DNA of 64,000 bases. It comes from Eledone cirrhosa. Taxonomy: Eukaryota. This document shows positions 52,232 through 64,000 of this stretch, piece by piece. The stretch's first letter is position 1. Each line of letters starts with the position of its first letter. Made by a program: the position numbers and the translations under genes. The DNA lies in NCBI GenBank assembly GCA_964016885.1, contig OZ024741.1, forward strand, positions 283,960,001 to 284,024,000, given 5' to 3'. A model generated the notes under the pieces. That model was not told where the DNA came from, did not search any database, and saw nothing but the letters and a program-made list of their open reading frames with translations.

Positions 52232-52327
<96 letters not shown>

Positions 52328-52410
52328 GTGTGTGTGTGTGTGTATATATATATATGTGTGTGTGTGTGTGTATATATATATGTGTATGTGTGTGTATATG
52401 TATATGTATG

Positions 52411-52441
<31 letters not shown>

Positions 52442-53207
52442 GTATATATATATATATATATACCAATGTGGAGGTATGAGTACATATTCGTGTGTGTACG
52501 TATGTGTATATGTGTTTTTATATGTGTCCCTATATGTTTTTGTGTATGTATGTGGATGTATTTGTACATGGGTGTGTGATTGATGGTGTGTGCCTATATA
52601 TTCCTACATATGCCCGTGTGAACAAAGGACTAATTTTGGGATGGACGTAGAAAAATTCTTCAGAAAAAAAGAAAAAAATAATTATTTACAAACTTGGCAG
52701 GTGCGATTTGCCTGTGACCATTCTCAACACAAAAGCAATAATAAAAGCTTTTTCCCCTGAATAAAGGAATTTTTCGAGAATGACCGGGGCAGGCCGCACT
52801 TGCTACATTTCTCCCCACCCAACCCTACTCACCGTCTCAACTCATTACTGCTATTAACACTTTTTCAACACACCTACACCCATACACTTATTAAAGGGGG
52901 AGAAAAGAAACCCCCGCCACACCACAGACATGTTAAATCCCTATATATAGAACAACACACCACATACACATCAGTTTGACAAGCGCACCTCAGCGTGAAG
53001 GGTCGTTCTAAAAACGAAACAATACCTCCTACGTTAACCAATAACTCCTAAGACCTAACCAACAACCAACAACTTAATTTATAAAATAATTTTTTTTAAG
53101 AAAAAATTTTTTTATAATCCGGAAAAAAATTCTTTTTGTATTTTGTGAAGAAAATAAATTTGTTGAAAGCACAAGTGAAGCCATTTTTTCTTCCCCCCTG
53201 TCTTAAT
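42355..53207 (+). mobile_element. PLE 3' remnant bounded by ~100-bp inverted repeats, hosting the 615-bp array
   Basis: 42355-42456 is the reverse complement of ~53105-53207; GIY-YIG-like C-terminus [17 protein letters not shown] at 42475-42540. Confidence 0.65.
43683..52242. repeat. 615-bp tandem array, ~13.9 near-identical units
   Basis: Unit start GTCGATTCTATTGAGTGATG at 43683, 44298, 44913 and so on; one variant noticed (~44863). Confidence 0.98.
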
Positions 53208-54300
<1,093 letters not shown>

Positions 54301-54352
54301 TATAATGAAATGACAGGAGGCTGGATTTGTGTAAATCCTTGAAAGGTTTATT

Positions 54353-54410
54353 ATACTATGATCATTTCAATGACCGGGTTCCGTATGGATCCGGTGATAT
54401 CATCAGGTAT
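54353..54410 (-). ncRNA. type I hammerhead ribozyme in a pLTR-like insert (54300-54670)
   Basis: Reverse complement atac-CTGATGA-tatcaccggatcc atac ggaacccggtcatt-GAAA-tgatcATA-gtat. Confidence 0.83.
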
Positions 54411-54665
54411 TCGAAATATAATACGTGGATGTAATAGATAAAATCCATGGGGCTGAAAATCGAGGACCCGAGGGCGACCGCTATTCTGTTCCTTCAACCT
54501 CAGCCGGTCGCCCTTTCATTATAATATTTAACTCCGTAATAGCACCACCAACTACAAAAACAAAGACGGTTGAACTGCTTTACGTTGAGTACTCTCTATA
54601 TTATTGCATTACGATTGACCATACGGAATAGACCAGCTCTATACAGTGGTGAACCTCAAACCTGA

Positions 54666-56352
<1,687 letters not shown>

Positions 56353-56360
56353 ACATCGTA

Positions 56361-59300
56361 CATCGTTCCTGTGTCAGTGTTGAACAAAAAGGTGACGTGG
56401 TTGCCTTAACACCGTATGGCATAAATTCAGGCTGTTCAGTTTGTTTACAAACGAACAAAGCGACGTTAGCGCCGCTAAACTGATACGTGCATATATGTAT
56501 GTGTACCTGTATGCATATGTATATATATATGTATATATATATATATATGTGCGTGCTACTGTACGTCTGTATACATATATGTATGTACGTATACATGCAT
56601 ACTTACATTTAAGTAAGTGCCATACTAAGAGTGAGAAATGAAATTTCGTTTTCATTTTGTTTTAATTTATCGTTTTCGGTATGCCTGACCGATTTAACTC
56701 ACTCAATATGCAAATTAGGCTGCTCAGCCGTTAATTTTCATAAGGAAAGTATATACTTTCGAACGTTCAACTATCTGGCAGATGGGTAAACGGTGCTGAT
56801 GATAGCTAACAAGCTTGAAACTAGTACATCGTTCCTGTGTCAGTGTTGAACAAAAAGGTGACGTGGTTGCCTTAACACCGTATGGCATAAATTCAGGCTG
56901 TTCAGTTTGTTTACAAACGAACAAAGCGACGTTAGCGCCGCTAAACTGATACGTGCATATATGTATGTGTACCTGTATGCATATGTATATATATATGTAT
57001 ATATATATATATATGTGCGTGCTACTGTACGTCTGTATACATATATGTATGTACGTATACATGCATACTTACATTTAAGTAAGTGCCATACTAAGAGTGA
57101 GAAATGAAATTTCGTTTTCATTTTGTTTTAATTTATCGTTTTCGGTATGCCTGACCGATTTAACTCACTCAATATGCAAATTAGGCTGCTCAGCCGTTAA
57201 TTTTCATAAGGAAAGTATATACTTTCGAACGTTCAACTATCTGGCAGATGGGTAAACGGTGCTGATGATAGCTAACAAGCTTGAAACTAGTACATCGTTC
57301 CTGTGTCAGTGTTGAACAAAAAGGTGACGTGGTTGCCTTAACACCGTATGGCATAAATTCAGGCTGTTCAGTTTGTTTACAAACGAACAAAGCGACGTTA
57401 GCGCCGCTAAACTGATACGTGCATATATGTATGTGTACCTGTATGCATATGTATATATATATGTATATATATATATATATGTGCGTGCTACTGTACGTCT
57501 GTATACATATATGTATGTACGTATACATGCATACTTACATTTAAGTAAGTGCCATACTAAGAGTGAGAAATGAAATTTCGTTTTCATTTTGTTTTAATTT
57601 ATCGTTTTCGGTATGCCTGACCGATTTAACTCACTCAATATGCAAATTAGGCTGCTCAGCCGTTAATTTTCATAAGGAAAGTATATACTTTCGAACGTTC
57701 AACTATCTGGCAGATGGGTAAACGGTGCTGATGATAGCTAACAAGCTTGAAACTAGTACATCGTTCCTGTGTCAGTGTTGAACAAAAAGGTGACGTGGTT
57801 GCCTTAACACCGTATGGCATAAATTCAGGCTGTTCAGTTTGTTTACAAACGAACAAAGCGACGTTAGCGCCGCTAAACTGATACGTGCATATATGTATGT
57901 GTACCTGTATGCATATGTATATATATATGTATATATATATATATGTGTGCGTGCTACTGTACGTCTGTATACATATATGTATGTACGTATACATGCATAC
58001 TTACATTTAAGTAAGTGCCATACTAAGAGTGAGAAATGAAATTTCGTTTTCATTTTGTTTTAATTTATCGTTTTCGGTATGCCTGACCGATTTAACTCAC
58101 TCAATATGCAAATTAGGCTGCTCAGCCGTTAATTTTCATAAGGAAAGTATATACTTTCGAACGTTCAACTATCTGGCAGATGGGTAAACGGTGCTGATGA
58201 TAGCTAACAAGCTTGAAACTAGTACATCGTTCCTGTGTCAGTGTTGAACAAAAAGGTGACGTGGTTGCCTTAACACCGTATGGCATAAATTCAGGCTGTT
58301 CAGTTTGTTTACAAACGAACAAAGCGACGTTAGCGCCGCTAAACTGATACGTGCATATATGTATGTGTACCTGTATGCATATGTATATATATATGTATAT
58401 ATATATATATATGTGCGTGCTACTGTACGTCTGTATACATATATGTATGTACGTATACATGCATACTTACATTTAAGTAAGTGCCATACTAAGAGTGAGA
58501 AATGAAATTTCGTTTTCATTTTGTTTTAATTTATCGTTTTCGGTATGCCTGACCGATTTAACTCACTCAATATGCAAATTAGGCTGCTCAGCCGTTAATT
58601 TTCATAAGGAAAGTATATACTTTCGAACGTTCAACTATCTGGCAGATGGGTAAACGGTGCTGATGATAGCTAACAAGCTTGAAACTAGTACATCGTTCCT
58701 GTGTCAGTGTTGAACAAAAAGGTGACGTGGTTGCCTTAACACCGTATGGCATAAATTCAGGCTGTTCAGTTTGTTTACAAACGAACAAAGCGACGTTAGC
58801 GCCGCTAAACTGATACGTGCATATATGTATGTGTACCTGTATGCATATGTATATATATATGTATATATATATATATATGTGCGTGCTACTGTACGTCTGT
58901 ATACATATATGTATGTACGTATACATGCATACTTACATTTAAGTAAGTGCCATACTAAGAGTGAGAAATGAAATTTCGTTTTCATTTTGTTTTAATTTAT
59001 CGTTTTCGGTATGCCTGACCGATTTAACTCACTCAATATGCAAATTAGGCTGCTCAGCCGTTAATTTTCATAAGGAAAGTATATACTTTCGAACGTTCAA
59101 CTATCTGGCAGATGGGTAAACGGTGCTGATGATAGCTAACAAGCTTGAAACTAGTACATCGTTCCTGTGTCAGTGTTGAACAAAAAGGTGACGTGGTTGC
59201 CTTAACACCGTATGGCATAAATTCAGGCTGTTCAGTTTGTTTACAAACGAACAAAGCGACGTTAGCGCCGCTAAACTGATACGTGCATATATGTATGTGT

Positions 59301-59400
59301 ACCTGTATGCATATGTATATATATATGTATATATATATATATATGTGCGTGCTACTGTACGTCTGTATACATATATGTATGTACGTATACATGCATACTT
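56361..59400 (+). mobile_element. 466-bp tandem array (~6.5 units), putative non-LTR retrozyme
   Basis: Units start CATCGTTCC at 56361, 56827, 57293, 57759, 58225, 58691 and 59157; each junction is an HHR. Confidence 0.9.
56789..56833 (+). ncRNA. minimal type I hammerhead ribozyme (first of six copies, every 466 bp)
   Basis: aacggtg-CTGATGA-tagct aaca agctt-GAAA-ctaGTA^catcgtt. Confidence 0.9.
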
Positions 59401-59445
59401 ATATATATATGTATATATATATATATATATATACATATATATACA

Positions 59446-59479
<34 letters not shown>

Positions 59480-59510
59480 CATATATATATGTATATATAT
59501 ATACATATAT

Positions 59511-59770
59511 GAAGGCGCATGGCCTAGTGGTTAAAGCATTGGGCTTGCAATTGAAAGGTTGTGATTTCAATTCTCGGACCGGGTGATGTGTTGTTTCCTT
59601 GAGCAAGACACTTTATTTCACGTTACTCCAGTTTACTCAGCTGTAGAAATGAGTACCGGCCTGCCCGCCCAGCCAGTGGGATTGCGTTATCTTATGGCTA
59701 AAACAGCACGACGTGCTGTGACCAGCGGCGTCGATTGGTGCCCGACAGACTGGTCGGTCAAGGTGATCAA
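59511..59770 (+). mobile_element. tRNA-derived CORE-like SINE
   Basis: A-box TGGCCTAGTGG, CCTTGAGCAAGACACTT, CTCAGCTGTAGAAATGAGTACC; same family as 26260. Confidence 0.8.
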
Positions 59771-59823
59771 TTTGATATATATATACATATATATATATCT
59801 ATATATATATATATATATATAGA

Positions 59824-59873
<50 letters not shown>

Positions 59874-59876
59874 CAT

Positions 59877-60735
59877 ACTAGCAGTGGTACCCGGCGTTGA
59901 ACGGGATAAGGTATTTTTGGAATGCGAGCCGCCAACAGACCTAATCGCCGAAAAACTGCATCCCTGTACAATATGTAAAGTAAATAAACCGAATACTCTG
60001 ATGGCTGGATAATCTTTAAGATTTTCCTCGTTGAAGCAGGAAAAATGCAGATTTTCACCTAATGCGGGCCCTAAGGGATCAAGAAAATGAATTTTTTTTC
60101 TGTGCATAATATGCTTTGAAATTTCGGGAAAATCGGCTAGACGTAACGCCTCCAAAAAGCCCTAAAAAGCTGAAAAAATGAAGATTTTCACCTAATGCGA
60201 GCCCTATGCCATAAAAAAAAGTTGGATTTTCTTTGCTCACGGTATGAAGAAGAGACTGACTAATACATAGTTACAATTTCAAGGAAATCGGTCCGACGTA
60301 ACGCCTCAAAAAATCCCTAAAAAGCTTAAAACACGCAGTTTTTCACCTAAGAGACAATGTTGAAATTTTATGTGCATATCACTCCCTGAAACATAAGTAA
60401 TACACATGTAAAGTTTGAAAAAAATCGGTTGGGTACTTCTCGAGTTTTAGGGATTCAAACTCACACACACACACATCCTCGGGGAAGTGACGTAATGCAG
60501 ACAGTCAGACATGCAGACAGGTATTATAAGGGCGCGACGTTATATGTATGTATCTATCTAAAAAGAGAAAGACTAAGAATTATAGAGAGAGATCGCTAAA
60601 TCACCTAATGCGGTCCCTGGAACATAAGTATTACATGTGTAAAGTTTGAAAACAGTCGGTTGGGTGGTTCTCGAGTTTTACGGATTCAAACTCACACACA
60701 CACAGACAGACATCCTCAGTTTTATATATATACAT
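59877..60735 (-). mobile_element. non-autonomous Helitron-like element
   Basis: Minus-strand 3' end hairpin CCCGTTCAACGCCGGG followed by CTAG; internal TCACCTAATGCG repeats and a duplicated subterminal block (~60408 and ~60639); 5' TC terminus not resolved in (TA)n. Confidence 0.65.
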
Positions 60736-61077
60736 ATATATATATACATATATATACATATATATATATATACATATATATACATATATATATATATACA
60801 TATATATACATATACATATATACATATACATATATATATACATATATATATATACATATATATATATACATATATATATATACATATATATATACATATA
60901 TATATATACATATATACATATATACATATATATATATATATACATATATATATGCATATATACATATATATACATATACATATATACATATACATATATA
61001 TATACATATATACATATATATATACATATACATATATACATATACATATATATATATACATATACATATATACATGC

Positions 61078-61112
<35 letters not shown>

Positions 61113-61127
61113 CACATATATATATAT

Positions 61128-61810
61128 ATGTGTTCCTGGATTCTCAGAACCTTCCAGTCGAGAGATTCCCACACCATTATCCTTCTCTTCTCTACTTTTG
61201 CCCGACCACACCTTGAATACTGTTGTCCACTGTGGTCTCCCCACACGAAACAAAGTATCATGAAACTTGAAGCTCCTCAAAGGGCAATCACGAAAAAGAT
61301 AGATGGCATGTCAGACCTTGACTACTGGGGTCGATTAGAAAACCTGAAACTTTACTCACTCCAACGTCGCCGTGAGCGTTATATTATCTGCATGATGTGG
61401 AAAATGTTCCATCATCACTGCCCAAATGATGTTGGCATCGCCTTCAAGAAACACCCAAGGCTTGGGCCCCGTGCTATCCGTCCCATTCAAAAATCTAAAT
61501 CGCAACTCATAACAACAATACGGCACAATTATTTCACCTCAATCGGCCCTGCTCTCTTCAACATCACACCAGGACACGTCAAAACAGAAACTGACCACAC
61601 AAAATTCAAGAAGTCTTTGGACAAATTCCTCCAAGTAATCCCGGACAAACCACCCACACCCGGATATGTCTCCACAAACAGTAATTCTCTTCTCGAATGG
61701 GCCATGGTGCCCAAATCCTGAATTGAAAGACTTCGCCAGGTGGTGCTATTAAGTTAGACATGGCCTGGGCCAATACTGGCCAAAACATTTCAAAGTTATT
61801 CAAAGTTATA
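61128..61810 (+). pseudogene. CR1-clade LINE 3' fragment
   Basis: [24 protein letters not shown]...[17 protein letters not shown]; tail repeat TTCAAAGTTA. Confidence 0.9.
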
Positions 61811-62094
61811 CATATATATATACACACATATATATATATACACACACATATATATATACACACACATGTATATACACACACATATATATATATATACATA
61901 CATACATATACATATATATATACATATATATATACATATATATACATATATATATATACATATATATATATACACATACATATATATATACATATATATA
62001 TATACACACATATATATATACATATATATACACACATATATATACACACATATATATATACATACATATATATACATATATATATACATATACA

Positions 62095-62126
<32 letters not shown>

Positions 62127-62277
62127 CATATATATATATACATACATATATATATATATACATACATATATATATATATATACATACATATATATATATA
62201 CATACATATATATATATACATACATATACATACATACATATACATACATATATACATACATACATATACATACATAT

Positions 62278-62352
<75 letters not shown>

Positions 62353-63727
62353 AAGAGAGAGAGAGAGCAAAATCTATCCAAGATCATTCCATAAAAAAAC
62401 TTCAGAAACAGGAATTATTTAAAAAGTAAATGTAGAAAGACTGAACATTCTATTGGAGTGATAATAGAAGAAAGATGGTACAGACATTTGAGGTAGGGAA
62501 TAGAATTTTTTGTAAAACGACTGACCATTCTATTGGAGCAGCAATAGGAGGGAATAGGAACAAACAGTTGCGCGGAAACAGATTTTTTTCTTCTTAAAAG
62601 AAAAAAGAATCATAATCTTACTTGACTGTTTCTGGTGCAGGCTTGGAAACCTTTTTGTATCAACCTGAACAACCAGTTCAAATCCAGTCATATCTACTTC
62701 CAGATTCTGTTGAAGATTCTTTTTTCTCTCCCCGGCTTTTCACAATCTCCATATATTACCAATCAATATATTCAAAGTAGATGGTTGTACCAATGTTTTA
62801 CATCAATGTTCTTCACTTTAGACTTGCTGTATTTTATTATTACCAAATAAAATTCAAATAATACAACACAATCTATTGTTTTAAATTAGCATCTGACAGC
62901 AAATGATGATGCTTCATTTGTAGCTTACCACTTAATATTAGCAACACCAATCCCAATTTGTGATGGGATTGATATATTGACCAATCAAAATACCTCTCAT
63001 TAAATATACTTTAGCATTGTCTTATGAATCATACAGTCTGTAAAGGCAATAACCAATGTGATGTAGTCTTTGTCCACTTGTGAAGTCAGATGCTTCAACC
63101 ACTGCTTCTTGTGAATCCTGTTGCACTATTTCTTATGACCAACAGAAGTTTTGACTTGAATAAGACCATAAAACTTATACACCACTTCACTGCAAGCTTT
63201 TATCGTATTCAAAATATTGTCAATGAAAATTTCTGAGTATATTAAAGAAATACAAGTTTGAATCTGTCATTTTACATCTTACAGTTTGTTAGGTTTGTTA
63301 AGATGATATCTCCCATATACAATTCAACCAATCTAATACCTTGTTTGTACTTGCTACTACATATAGAGATATTTACTATCTTTAGCTGTATCGAACGATA
63401 AATTGATACAACAAAAGATGACTAATGACATGAATTTACTTATTTTGTTTTATATTTGGGTCAGTAAAAGATTTCTATTTCAATCGAAATTATCAAAAGT
63501 TGATAATTCAATGAAAACCTTCGTCTAAATAAATAAACGACAGGATGATAAGCATATTGCTTGTTAAACCTCTTTGAATATTATGATAGATCAGTTTTGT
63601 TTGTTTGATCTAGCTTTCTTTATCTTTTTCTTTTGTCTTTTGTTTTGTCTTTGTTACTGCTGATGTTTGTTTTATTTTGTTTTTTGTTCTTTGTTTTTTT
63701 AGATTATGCATAATAATGATTTATAAT

Positions 63728-63863
63728 CTAGGCACAAGGCCAGCAATTTGTGGGGGGGGGGGAGAATCGATTATATCAGCCCTAGTACTTTACTGGTACT
63801 TTATTTTATTGACCCCAGAAGAAGGAAAAGCAATGTTGACTTTAGTAGGATTTGAACTCAGAA
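63728..63863 (-). mobile_element. tRNA-derived SINE, diverged
   Basis: Reverse complement of GAGTTCAAATCC..GGGGTCAATAAAATAAAGTACCAG. Confidence 0.7.
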
Positions 63864-64000
63864 AATAAAAAGTTCAGCACATTAACGATTCTGGAACTGA
63901 TGGAGTCACAGGGGTGTTGTTCTTACACACAAATTTAAAGAGTGGAAACAAATGCTGCAAAGCATTTTATCTGATGCTCTAATGATTCTCCCAATCTACT

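Noticed and set aside
53140-53185. HHR in the 42.4/53.1-kb inverted repeat (GTGAAGA..GAAA)
   Set aside because: Core C3 is absent in both copies and there is no clear NUH or stem I
56374-59392. Repeated 66-112-aa ORFs in the 466-bp array
   Set aside because: Microsatellite-derived, no recognisable domain, and not maintained in the diverged copies
62430-63700. Host exon in unique-looking sequence (also 900-1500)
   Set aside because: No convincing ORF or recognisable domain; small exons cannot be excluded without RNA-seq

Overview
AT-rich eukaryotic window made almost entirely of repeats; I found no host gene exon. The SINE families and extreme (TA)n content suggest a cephalopod/octopus-like mollusc (inference). 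Contents: a 6.1-kb 33-bp minisatellite; several Penelope-like elements (PLEs), one near full length at 36.5-41.4 kb; RTE, CR1 and Gypsy remnants; tRNA-derived SINEs; a non-autonomous Helitron-like element; and two near-perfect tandem arrays (615 bp x ~14 and 466 bp x ~6.5). The main hidden signal is RNA. Reading by eye I count about 23 type-I hammerhead ribozyme (HHR) motifs with intact cores (stem I-CUGANGA-stem II-GAAA-stem III-NUH-stem I) from about ten sequence families, mostly in short, often fold-back inserts within (TA)n tracts. The 466-bp array has one HHR per monomer, starts at the predicted cleavage site and has circularly permuted dispersed copies, which fits a retrozyme/circRNA family mobilised by PLEs. 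The 615-bp array sits inside a PLE remnant and carries an atypical HHR-like motif. All folds were read manually, not computed.
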